44,481 bases of DNA from Spirogloea muscicola (taxonomy: Eukaryota), in contig WELB01000012.1 in assembly GCA_009602725.1 (NCBI GenBank), positions 1,233,224 through 1,277,704 on the forward strand. Reading direction: 5' to 3'. A program made the translations under genes and the position numbers. The notes beneath the pieces were generated by a model. That model was not told where the DNA came from, searched no databases, and worked only from the letters and a program-made list of their open reading frames with translations. The first letter of the stretch is position 1; every line of letters starts with the position of its first letter. This document shows, one piece after another, positions 21,901 through 33,128 of this stretch.

Positions 21901-24900
21901 GGTGAGGTGACGTGCTGAGGAGGTATCACCAGTCCCCCCAGCGTCCCCAGCATGTGAGGTACCACTGGCAAAGACTGATATGGAGAGGCCTGCACCAGCC
22001 CTCCAAGCGTGCCCAGCAAGGGCGGTCCTCTTCTCGGCGATCTTGGCGACGGCTGGTCGGGTCCCGCGTGCCAAGCATGTGCTTGCTTGGGAGAGGACGA
22101 CTGCCTGGGAGAGCGGGGAGAGCGGGGAGAGCGGGGAGGCAAGCTGCCGGAAGTGGTGGGCCTGACCTCCTCCGTATTGGCCTCCGGCCTGGACGAAGTC
22201 GACACGGCGTGAAGGCCCAGAGGTGAAAGAGCTGTCAAGGTGGAGGAGATGCTGAGGTCGGCAAGGTCGGCCCCATCACCTTCGCCACGCCCGCTCTGAG
22301 GGGGCAGAAGCACGAATCTCTCGAGGCTTGCTGCCCTGCTCGGCGGCCATGCAGCACCAGGCGGTGGCTCCGACTCGGCTTCTTTGCCGTTGCTTCTGTC
22401 GGCATCAGCTTGCGCCGTGGACTGGCCCCCTGCTTCAGCGCCTGAGGGCTCGTGGGTGCACGGGGCAGGCCCGCCTCCCTGTGCATCCCCACATCTGCAT
22501 GAACGTGCCCCTACACCTCCGCGCTCAAGAGCCTGCAGCGCAGAGTATCATGCATCGTCAGCACATGCATGCACAAGCACGGCAACGTCAATCACACTGA
22601 CTCACAATACACTGGTGTGGAGTCAGGGTGTCCTTCGTCCTTCATTCCACGAACAAACACAGAAGCTTGTCAAGAGTAAGAGAGGGACGTAGATGACTTG
22701 GAGCGAATGTCAGGGCCACTTTGATCTGCTTCGTGAGGCTCTAAGTGACGTCCTGATAGCTTGGACTAGGGCGTCGAGTTGTCGAAGGATTCATCATGAA
22801 AGACGTGGACAACCTGCTCAACATTGCCATTGACAGGCGGTAGCTCGGGCCTGCTCTGGTCCACTGTTGTGCCAGAGGCAGAGGACGTGGGCTCATCGCC
22901 ACCTGTGGCGCTTGTAGACTGAACTGCCACTGGCAGTCCTGTACCGCAGCGGCCAGCAGCGGGCCACCTCCCTTTGTCCTCCGCCTCTGCAGAAGGTGCT
23001 GGTTGGCGAGGATCATGAGGCGGCGCCGGCTCTGACCCTGACCGCTCGTCGCTCTGAACATGACTCGCTTGAGCTGGCCCTGCCTCTGTACCCCTGCCAT
23101 TGCTCGCCTGGCTCTGCTGAGCGAGGTGGGACTGGCTTGATGCCGGCGCAACAGCAGCTCCCTGAGTGCGCTCGGATCTGTCACTGGGGGACTCTGAGTG
23201 GTTACGCCAGTGGGCGCTTTGCTGGTCCCTGGGGATGGCAAACCCCGCTTGCAGCCTCGACAGGCTCGCTTCTGGGACGTCCTTCACGACCTTAGCTGGG
23301 AGGGCATCGCCACCGACGCCTTTGATTGCCTTGGGGTTCACGTTGGACCAGTGCAGGGAGCCCGGCAAGGGCACCACGGCAGGTGCGGACAGGTCCTTAG
23401 CCTTGGCAGGCCTGCGCTTCTCATAGGCCCTCGGAGCACCCAACCGAGCTGGGGGCCCACTGGACTGACCGCGCACGGACGGCTCGTAGTTTCTGCTTGG
23501 TCCACGAGCCCTGGGCTGGCGAGCATGCGCCTGACTGGCTCTATCGGTAGACTGCAGGCCCTTGGCAGAGCGGTATGCTGCTGCTTTCTTGAGCAACATG
23601 CTATGCGACTGCCTGCCAACCTCCTTCCTCGTCTCCACGTCCTGCACGGTCATGAACGTGAATCTGTTACAACAACGTGCTCACCGACCATCTCGTCAGG
23701 TGGCTGCAGCAGCGGAGCAGGCGTGCAGCCTCCGCAGAGAAGGCCACAAGCTCATGCATAACAGCGCTCTCAATGCCCTGCTCCACTAGTCAGAAGAGGA
23801 GGACTAGCAGGGTGGACAAGAGGCTAGGGCCGCCGGGTGGGTGCTCAGGCGGCTTGCTGCACTGCTACCTCACCTTGGGGTTGACTAGCCAACCATGGAC
23901 GAGGTTCATGTCAAGAAGGTCGAGTACAACACCTCCTGGCATCGGCTCAAAGTCGTTGATTCTGCAGCAACTCTCACCATGCATGAGGCTTGCCCCATCA
24001 GCCTCTGTCAGTTGCCAGGGTTTAGTTGCCAGGAGGGCACAAGCTACCAATGCAAACATGCTTGCTTAACATGTTGAGTCAGTCAGATGCTTGAAGCTTG
24101 CGTGCATTTGGCACGACCACTGGTGCATCACTAGCTGCATTGCTAAGGTCGGCTATGTGCACCATATGGGCCCTGCCAGCTGACAAGCCAGCTCCTGAGG
24201 CGGCCTTTCCAAGAAAGCCACTGAGAGCTGGAGTCTTTGCTAATAACATGAGAGCTTCAAGCACTCAACCAACAGCAGACTGAGCAGTTGTTACCTGTTG
24301 AACCTCACATCCAGCTCGGTGCGTGTGGCGAGGCGAGGCAGCAAATTGATGGCGTCAGCAATATCCTGGTGCTCCTGTTGTATGCTGGAGCTGCTCCTGC
24401 CCTGCAGTTAGTCAAGGAACCGCATAAGCGACAGCTCCTAACAATTGTGTGCATTTCGTTCACGCTTGGGCAATGCTCCAAGGAAGGCAGGTGCGGCAGG
24501 AGCCAGCTGGAAGACGTGCCGAGTGAGAAAGGTCACCTGTCTAGTTGCCCCATTGATGAGTAGCTTCTCAGCAATCAAGGTGAGGAGGTCGCCGCCGGAT
24601 ATGTCCACTCTCTGTGGGTGCAGCGTGATGCTGTCCCGCAGGAGCAGCACATTTGCTGCATGCAAGACAACGGCGGCTTGGACGGTCTGTCTGGCATCCC
24701 GCCAACGGAGGGCACGGCAGGTCGAGCACAGGATGGAGGGCAGAATGTGTTGCTCGGCGCAATGCTGAGCACGACAACAGCAGATGATCGAGACGACTTC
24801 CACTAGCCGCAGCGGGACACGGCGTGAGGCACCCCTGGCCAGCTCAGGGAACCAGAATTGGTGTCCATTGTGCATGCAGATACTCTAGTCCCGATTGGTG

Positions 24901-25613
24901 TGACTGCAACCAGCACAGCATTGCCGCCCCCCGGTGCGAAAGGAAGAGCCAACAGCAGATGGCGCGCCCTGGGGACGCTTGTCTGCCACTCCCATGCCTC
25001 GACCAGCCTTTCCTCCTAATTTCGACTACGTAAGCACTGCTGCTGACAGTCGGGCCCTTGACAGAGCTGCCTACACTCCGGTGGCTCTACCATGCTCCGC
25101 TCACTGCCTGCAAGTCCAGCACGCGCGTCGTCCTGCCCTCTCGCTGCTGGCCAGCTGAGCGACCGCGAGCTGACCTCGCCGAGCACGCTCGATGGCACAG
25201 ATGTCCGAGCCGGCCTGGCTGAACAAGCTTTCCTCGGGGGACACTAGAGCACCTCCTGGCACAGCCTTGGACGTGGCATTGCACGCAGCCAAGCGGCGCT
25301 GCACGGGAGGCGGAGGTGCGCCAGGCAGACTCGAACATGCGCGGGCAAATGGAGAAGGACAACTTGGCGCCTGGGGCTGCTCCCACGGCAGGGCTGCTGT
25401 CGGCTGCTCACCGATGGCGACGAGGGGGCAGGGGCCGGCGCCGTTCTGGAGCACTATGGGGACGTCGGTGCGGTGCAGGAAGTGGACGCGCTTGATCCTG
25501 AACGCCAGCTGCTCCGCGGGAGGCGGCGGCACGGCGGCGGCGGCGGCGGCGGCGGCGGGGCTGGCCACCGTGTCCACCCAGTGCGTGAAGCTGGGGCCGT
25601 CGCCGCCGCCGCC
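18949..25613 (-). CDS. MINDY: MINDY-1/2 family (DUF544) deubiquitinase-like protein, probably catalytically impaired. Core exons: gap-25412, 24655-24537, 24401-24295, 23961-23874, large insert exons about 23700-21200, 21012-20961, 20847-20766, 20582-20502, 20167-20117. Start lies in the gap; 3' end uncertain
   Basis: PIVLQNGAGPCPLVAI|ANVLLLR, DIADAINLLPRLAT..DVRF, LDLLDMNLVHGWLVNP, EFLKESTRQLTPHG, LKEKELCVLYRDSQYSTLFK, LFTLVSDQGYLDQPNIVWEKL. Splice phases agree between the adjacent core exons. Confidence 0.88.
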
Positions 25614-25799
25614 NNNNNNNNNNNNNNNNNNNNNNNNNNNNNNNNNNNNNNNNNNNNNNNNNNNNNNNNNNNNNNNNNNNNNNNNNNNNNNNNNNNNNNN
25701 NNNNNNNNNNNNNNNNNNNNNNNNNNNNNNNNNNNNNNNNNNNNNNNNNNNNNNNNNNNNNNNNNNNNNNNNNNNNNNNNNNNNNNNNNNNNNNNNNNN
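25614..25799. other. Assembly gap in the GC-rich 5' end of the MINDY gene
   Basis: Run of n. Confidence 0.99.
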
Positions 25800-26058
25800 G
25801 CGGTAGCGGCGCTGGCGCGGCGGCGGCGGCGCCGTGGAAGGCGGCGGGGGTGACTGCGTCAGCGCCGTGACGGAAACGCTCGGGGGGGTTGGGGGGGGGG
25901 GGGGAGATGGTGGGCCTTGACGAGGACGCGAATAGTGAGCGCGGCGACAAGCGCAAGGCGGCCGCGGTGGTCCACGACCCCCACGCACATGCGCCACGCT
26001 GGCGGCTTCAGCAATCCCCGTTGTCCCAACCCGAACCGCACATGCGCTCCACGGTGAG

Positions 26059-26110
26059 GCCACGTCGGCGCCACCTGGCGACGCGCAACAAAGTGTGGCG
26101 CCGACGTGGC
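26059..26110. promoter_or_regulatory. Perfect 16-bp inverted repeat, each arm carrying overlapping DRE/CRT-like (GCCGAC) and ABRE-like (ACGTGGC) cores, upstream of MINDY
   Basis: gccacgtcggcgccac (26059-26074), 20-nt spacer, gtggcgccgacgtggc (26095-26110). Confidence 0.5.
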
Positions 26111-26194
26111 GGGGCGCCGCCCACGCGGGTGCAGCCCCTCTGGCCGCGCCGCGCCCCCGCGAATGCCGGTTGTCGACAATGTCACGTCAATGGG

Positions 26195-26685
26195 AACCCG
26201 CCCTTTTCAACGCTCCCTTGCCCACGCCGTCCACACGCGCGCAGGCCGTGCTATGGCCGCCGCCTCTGGGTCTCGGCGGAGTGCCTCTTTCCCTGCAGCG
26301 AACTACTCAGACCTGATGTTGCTCACTCGTGGGTACTGAGCTTCCTTCTGCATCGTGTCTGTGTTCTGCAGTGTTTTGTAGTGTAGTCCTTTTTCCGGCT
26401 CCTCTTTCTTTGGCTTTGGACATTGTCCATTCTTTTTTTGGGCTGGCTTTGCCAGCCCCTCTTCTCTATGGGCGCGCACTTCTTCTTTCCTGCAGCGAGC
26501 TACTCAGACCTGATGTTGCTCACTCGTGGGTACTGAGCTTCCCTCTGCATTGTCTCTGTGTTCTGCAGTGTTTTGTAGTACAGTCCTTTTTCCAGCTCCT
26601 CTTTCTTTGGCTTTGGACATTGTCCATTCCTTTTTGGGCTGGCTTTGCCAGCCCCTCTTCTCTATGGGCGCGCACTTCTCTCTTT
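26195..26685 (+). mobile_element. Head-to-tail pair of subfamily C 3' ends (26195-26487 and 26488-26685)
   Basis: FQRSLAHAVHTRAGRAMAAASG...SDLMLLTRGY* plus UTR; a near-identical unit of about 198 bp restarts directly after the cttctt tail. Confidence 0.88.
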
Positions 26686-26856
26686 CCTGGCGCGCGCTCT
26701 TGCGCAGGAACGCGCCTGACGTGGAGAGGCAAGTGAGCGTGCGAGGATGTGATGTGGATCAGAATCGCTGTGTTTTAGCGCCTTTCTGGCCCCTTTTCGG
26801 TGTAGTCATTCCATTCCTGGGCTGGCCAATCACAGCTCATCGCCCTCTGGGCCATA

Positions 26857-27122
26857 TATCTGGGCGATTTATCTGGGCGATTTATTTATCGTTCTTGCGA
26901 CGACGAGTTTCGGCCTATTTGCAGCGTGCTCAGGCTAATGCTTTGCACCAGAAAGCTGGGCGAGCTCTAGTTTAGAGCTGAACCAGGCATCGGTCAGCGA
27001 CCTTCATGTCTTGACCCGTGGTTACTGAGCGGGTCAATCTACCGTAGGTTATGTAGGTCTTAAGATGTGCTTGCCTTTGTAGTTGGCCATTTGGCCTTCG
27101 TTTGTTTCAAATACACGAAATT
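26857..27122 (+). mobile_element. CRE-type element, subfamily H 3' fragment
   Basis: YLSFLRRRVSAYLQRAQANALHQKAGRAL...SDLHVLTRGY*; UTR ggttactgagcgggtcaat...aatacac also seen at about 8490-8600, 30380-30510 and 32265-32400 on the minus strand. Confidence 0.8.
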
Positions 27123-28129
27123 TCTCTGGGCTGGCTTTGCTAGCCCCTCTTCTCTCAACGAACCTTGTCAAATTTTTTCGGGCTGGCGATTCACAGCCCT
27201 TGCCCCCAGTGGGAGAGCCACTTCTTCTTGCTGAAAGAACCCATCTCCTCGATCAGAGGCCGTCCAGGTACGGGCAGTAACCCGACACCCTCTTGCATAG
27301 CTTTGTACTTTGGCGCCTCTTGGCCCTCGGACCTTGTCCACACTTTCTGGGCTGGCTTTTCACAGCCCCGCCCCCTTTGGATGATGTACGTCTCTAGATG
27401 TGCTTCCCTTTGTACTCGGCCATTTGGCCTTTGTTTGTTTCAAAGACACGAAGATTTTTTTGGAAGAGCTCAACTCCTTCTTGTTCCTCTCATTCTGCTT
27501 TTGTCGCTCAGGCCCTCCATCGCTCAACACACATCCCAAATTTCCATTTTGCTTCTGGCCTTATCTGACCTTGTCATTTTTCCTATGGCTGGCCTTTCAC
27601 TGCCCTCACTCCCTTGGGAAGAGCTTACTTCCTTCCTTGATGTATAATCCATCACATTCTGAGCATCTGCGGACAAACCAGGCCTGGGCCACCATTAGGT
27701 CATCGGGAGGGCCATGATGACACAAATGAGATTCAAGCGCAATATGTTCTTAGTGTCTGAGATAGTAAATGCTACATTACAGGCGAAACCCCGTACATAG
27801 TAGGTGCCGTGGCTATGTCGCCTTGGACAGAAAGGCCTCCTCTTTCATCTTGCAGGTAGCTAGCTCGCTGTGCCTGCCTCATAGGCAGACCCTTCTTACC
27901 TCTTGGCTGGCTTCAACACGTTATGGTGACCTTAGAATCATACCTGGATTCCCAGGCCTTGAAAATTGGAACAGAAGCCCTTTCTGCACTACTTGGCTTG
28001 CTTCCACGACCGCTTTATATCAGCAGCCGCCCCTTTTCGACTTTGTGGACAGATTCAACGCCATGATTGAGGCATGCAATGCCAGGGGTTAGGCAAGCGG
28101 CCTCACTTCTTGTCAATTCTTGTCAACCT

Positions 28130-28672
28130 CACGACGGCTGGCCACGCTGCGGCAAGGCCGCTCGCAGCAAGGCGGCCAACACGCCGACCACCCGGCTGCA
28201 GATGAGTTCGTCCCCCTGGCTGTGGACCTGCACGGGGCTCTCGGGTCCCAGTGGCTCGACCTGCTGGCCAGGGCTTGCCCGGGCGCGCTATGTCCCGCAG
28301 GCGCGGTGAGCCGGCTTCAACGTCGCTGGCTCGTGGGCTCAGGTATATCGTAAGCGATTGTCCGTCTCCCTTCGGCGGTCAATGGCCCACGCCTTGCATC
28401 TGCGTGCATCGGCGTGCTGGCCGTGCTCTCGCTGCGGCCTCCGGCTTTCGTCAGGGGGATAGTTTTCCGGCAGCTGGTCTGTTGGCTTTGAGGCTCCTCA
28501 CTCGTGACTACTGAGTGGTCCATCCTCCCCCGTTCTGACATAGCCTCTTCAGGCCCCTTAGTAGCTGCTAAGCGCTTTTAGGCCCCTCCATGATTTGGCC
28601 CCTTCGATCTCTCTCAATTCGTTTTCGGGCTGGCTTTTCACAGCCCTTGCCCCCGTTGGGAGTGCCCCTTCT
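28130..28672 (+). mobile_element. CRE-type element, subfamily A, frameshifted 3' fragment
   Basis: HADHPAADEFVPLAVDLHGALGSQWLDLLAR...LRLLTRDY* and A-type UTR. Confidence 0.85.
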
Positions 28673-28679
28673 CTATTCC

Positions 28680-29215
28680 TCAGCCAAGGATGCACTCGCG
28701 TCTTCTGCACTTGGACGCCTTGGGGTGGCGGTATTGCTTCTACCTGTAGAAAAGCTCAACACTACATCTGTGGCGAGGATGCAAAATTGATAGACGACGT
28801 TTGGGGCCGGGGAGCGGGCATGACCATGTGAAAATGATGACACCATTCTTCTATTTTGCTTGCATGTGGGAAAGGCACCGAGCTTCTCAGGACTTCGACA
28901 CAACTGCTTCAATTCATCAGCATCAAATCTCCACAAGAGAACTTCAGCCAAGGCCGACTTCTTGGATAATGCATGCAATCTCAATGACTTGGCAGATTCA
29001 ATAGGTAACAGCATCTCTTGGTATTTTCTGCTGGATCGAAAGTCAGCTGCAACACACTCTACAATACCACTAATGTGCTTGATGTTCAGAGAGAGCCCGT
29101 GCTTGTCCAGCTTGACGCGGTGGTAGTTGCGGAGTGCTGCGGCTACAGACGCTAGACAGTGGTCAGGAGAGGCGGGGCAGAGGACGAGGAGCTTTCTGAA
29201 GATGCGCGTGTTCAG
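28680..29215 (-). other. Non-repeat island with an open frame of about 180 codons; possible gene fragment, product unknown
   Basis: Central part of ORF 28673-29335; ordinary amino-acid composition and no resemblance to the element peptides. Confidence 0.3.
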
Positions 29216-30124
29216 CAGAAAGGAAAGAGAAGTGTATATTGAGTGATGGAAGGCCTGAGTGGCCAAGTACAGAAGGGGCAATGTCTGTAAAGAACGGAGT
29301 CCTCTGCTGTAAAAAATAAGAGCAAATTTAGGCAATTGACAAGGTATTTAAAGGGCTGGAAGGCACAAAGACTAGACGAGTGACGCTGTGAATCAACCGG
29401 TTTACAACTGTATGGCAATGGCTGTGAGAGGCAGCCCAGAGGGAGCCAGAGAGGTGGTGAGCTCATCCAAAGTGGGCGAGGCCCGTATATAGCCAGCCCG
29501 GATGGGTTGGATAAGGTTCGAAGGGGCCGGAAACTGCTGAAGCACGCAACCAAGCAAATTTCACGAAGAATGGTCATTAGGTAGCCCCTAGTAAGCAGCC
29601 ACAAGTCAGAAAGACTAGCCGCCGGAGAGCAGTCCCCTGATGATAGCTTGAGGCGGCAGCTAGAGCACGGCCAGCTCGCAGATGCAAGGTGTGGGCCAAG
29701 GAAAGACGCCAAGGACCGCTGGAGTGAAACAGACAGGCGCATATGGAACACCTGCGTCAGCGAAGCCAGCGGCATCGGAAAAAGGTCGCGAGGGGTGTGG
29801 AAGACAAAAGCTTGATGGAAGGCCAGCAGCCCGATGAGGGTCTGACAGAGGCGAGAGAGAGAAAGTGAGCAGAAGTGAGCTCTTCCAGAGGAGGGCGGAG
29901 GCTGTGAAATGAGAGACGCTTCCAGGAGAGGGCGGTGGCTGGGAGAGAGAAATGAACGAACGAAGCCAGCTGTGTGCTTTTCCTTTTGTCCGGCACCCTT
30001 TGGCTCTTTGGACCCTGTCCTCCTTTTTGGGCTGGCCTTTTCCCATTTGGCCCCTTCGAACCTTCGTCAATTCTTCTGGCTGGCTTTTCACAGCCATTGG
30101 GAGCGCCACTTCTGTTTTTCCCTT

Positions 30125-30975
30125 CCGAGGCTGGGTATGCGGTGGCCTGCGGCCGCTCGGGCCAAGGAGTACGCAGCACGCAGACAACCCGGGGGAAGAC
30201 GATATCTTCCCGCTCGCCATCGACACCCACTGGGCGTTGGGCGATCGGTGGCTCGAGCTGCTCAACCAGCTCTCGCGTCACGCCATCTCCCGCCGATATT
30301 GTGCAAGGCCGTTGGATTTCCAGGCAGCAGGCTCTCTCGCGCAGGTGTACCGCATGCGCTTGTCCGTCTCGCTGCAGAAGAAAAAGGAGTGTGTATTAAG
30401 AGATGGAAGGCCTGTGTGGCCAAGTACGAAGGCAAGCACATTGGAAAATGTACATCACCTGCTGCTAAGCTGACCCGCTCAGTAACCACGAGTCAGCACA
30501 TTGAGGTCGCTAATTGATGCCCGAATATCGGACGGCAATCGACAAGCTCGAGCTACCAGCTAAGGCTCGACCAGCTTTGTGATGCAACGTATGAGTCTGA
30601 GCTCGCTGCAGACAAGCTGACACTCGATATCGCAAGAATGACAAGTAGGCTGCCGGCATGCCCATCCGAGCTGGAAGTATATCCTCACGTCGAGCATATC
30701 CCAGACTTGCAATATTCTCCAGTAGGGTATGGAAACGAGGACCCATGCAGCTGCAGAGGTCCATGGCTCTCGCGCTGCATCTGCGTGCCGGTCGTGCCCT
30801 TGCTGATGTCTCTGGCCCTGGCCAGGGGAATCGCTACCAGGAGCCCAGTTTCTCTGAGCTCTGGCTGCTTAGCAGGGTTTACTGCGTGTTTCGTAGCTGC
30901 TTGGTTCCATTTGTGCTAGCTGTTTTAGCGCTTCCCCTGGCGCTTCCCCTTTTCCTATGGGCGAGCAATTTCTTC
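30125..30975 (+). mobile_element. Subfamily B copy split by a nested antisense subfamily H copy
   Basis: DNPGEDDIFPLAIDTHW...RLSVSLQ stops at 30378 and resumes as LQRSMALALHLRAGR from 30750. Confidence 0.85.
30379..30749 (-). mobile_element. Nested subfamily H copy with 8-bp target duplication
   Basis: gctgcaga at 30371-30378 and 30750-30757; AAYLSFLRYRVSACLQRAQ on the minus strand. Confidence 0.85.
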
Positions 30976-31194
30976 CTGGCCCCTTCGAACATTGTTCATT
31001 CTTCAGAGGGGCTGGCCGCTGCCCCAGCCCCTCTTCTCTATGCGCTCCGCGCGCTTTCTCCTTATGGAGAAGAGAGGAGAAAGGAGGAGAAGCGCGGTGC
31101 GCATGAAGTGGGAGGGTGGCCAAGTCAAGCCAATACATTGTTCAGGCAAAAGACTGCATCGCCTCGTGTTTTGTAGTGTAGTCCATCTTCGGAA

Positions 31195-31545
31195 AAGAAA
31201 GCGCGGCCAGATTGACTGGTGGCTGTGAGAGGCCAGCCTAAAGGAATGGACAAGGCTGAAGGAGCCGGAGTGCCAACTGCTAAGATTGCAGCAAGGGGAC
31301 TCTCAGTAACCTCTAGTCAGCAGATGCAAGTCGAAATAAGCTAGCAGGCGGATTGACGTCGCCCTGATGGAAGCCAGAGGCCGCAGCCAAAGCGATGCTT
31401 GCGCAAGTGAACCGCGAAGGCAAGGGACCGCTGCAAAGAAGTGGCCAAGCGCATCCGGAAGACTTGAGCGAAGGACCCGGTGACATTGAAGCCAGGCTGC
31501 TCGCTCTGCTGCCCGTGGCGGTGGGCCACTGCACGCTGAGCAAGG
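31195..31545 (-). mobile_element. CRE-type element, subfamily D 3' fragment
   Basis: GFNVTGSFAQVFRMRLATSLQRSLAFAVHLR...TRGY*; tail ggctggcctctcacagccaccagtcaatctggccgcgcttt. Confidence 0.8.
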
Positions 31546-32429
31546 AGGTCAAGCCATTTTGTCCCAACGGCTCCGTGTACGTTTCGGCACCTCTTTCTAC
31601 AGGCCCATTAGTAGTTGCTTCGCGCTTTTTACGCCCCTTCATCATTTGGCCCCTTCGAACCTTTGTCAACTCTTTTTGGGGCTGGCTTTTCACAGCCCTT
31701 GCCCCCATTGGGAGTGCCACTTCTTTCTTTCTTTACGAAATGGACAAGGTCTGAAGGAGCCGGTGTGCTATGTATTAAGACAGCAGCGAAGGGGACTCTC
31801 ACTAACCTCTTCTCTATGGGAATAGTTTCCCGGCAGCTAGTCTGTCGGATTTGAGGCTCCTCACTCGTGACTACGGAGTAGTCCATCCTCCCCCGTTCTG
31901 ACATAGCCTCTTCAGGCCCCGCAGTCGCTGCTTAGCTCGTAGTTTGGCCCCTTCGAACCTTGTCAATTCTTTTCGGGCTGGCTTCTCACAGCCCTTGCCC
32001 CCATTGGGAGAGCCACTTCTTCAGGCCCCCTTAATAGCTGCTTAGCGCTTTTTAAGCCCCTCCAGCATTTGGCCCCTTCGAACCTTTGTCAATTCTTTTT
32101 CGGGCTGGCTTTTCACAGCCCTTGCCCCCATGGGGAGTGCCACTTTCTTCTCAATGTACGAGCACTTTGAAGCAAGCGCGGCCAGATCAACTGGTGGCTG
32201 GGAGAGGCCAGCCCAACGATTGGACAAGGTACTTTCTCTAAAAGACTAGTGCAGCAGAAAGGGGAATTTCGTGTATAAAAAACAAACGAAGGCCACATGG
32301 CCAAGTACAAAGGCAAGCACATCTTAAGACCTACATAACCTACGGTAGATTGACCCGCTCAGTAACCGCGGGTCAAAACATAAAGGTCGCTAACCGATGC
32401 CTGGATTTATTTTTATTTTATTTTTTCAG

Positions 32430-32975
32430 AGAGAAGGGCTCGCCCATTGAGGATAGGGGCTGGAAAAAGCCAGCCCAGAAAAGAATGAACAAAGGACGAG
32501 AAGGGGCCAGGGGAAGTACGAAGAACAACAAGCACAGAAAAGAAACGAAGCAGCTACGAAGCACTCAGTAACCCCCTGCTAAGCAGCCTCAGGTCAGAGA
32601 GACTGGGTCGGGTCCCCTGGTCTTTTTTGGGCTGGCTTTGCCAGCCCCTCTTCTCTATGGGCGCGCACTTCTTCCTGGCCAGAGCCAGAGGCAGCAGCGA
32701 GGGCTCTGCCTGCACGCAGGTGCAGCGCGCGGGACACAGACCTCTGCAGCGAGACGGCCAAGCGCATGCGGTACACCTGCGCTAGCGACCCTGCTGCATG
32801 GGGGTCCACCGGCTCCCCATGGAAGCGGCGGGCAATGGCGTGACGAGAGAGCTGGTTGAGCAGCTCGAGCCACCGAGCGCCCAGCGCCCCGTGCGTATCG
32901 ATGGCGGCGAGCCGGAAGAACTCGTCTTCCCGCGGGTGATCTGCGTATGTTAGCTCCTTGGCCCGAGCGGCGCGA
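32430..32975 (-). mobile_element. Subfamily B copy containing a 53-bp antisense subfamily C tail insertion
   Basis: ARAKELTYADHPREDEFF...; insertion 32621-32673 flanked by cctgg. Confidence 0.85.
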
Positions 32976-33128
32976 TAAAAGGGAGGTGGGACAAGGTCCA
33001 AGGGCCGGAAAGGCGCCCAGATGAGCGGACGAGGCTGGAAAGGGCCGTAGCGGAGGCCCCACCGGGACGACGGCGAGCGGGCGGGCCGCGGCGGCCGCGC
33101 GCGCCCGCCGGCGACGCGTGGGCAGCCA

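Larger units (their letters stand above)
26195..33010. mobile_element. Cluster 2 of CRE-type retrotransposon fragments between the divergent MINDY and DGD1 genes
   Basis: Same C-terminal peptides and 3' modules as cluster 1, both strands. Confidence 0.9.

Noticed and set aside
31925..32150. tRNA-derived SINEs
   Set aside because: No recognisable A/B boxes or cloverleaf; the units are collinear with the 3' UTR of the protein-coding copies
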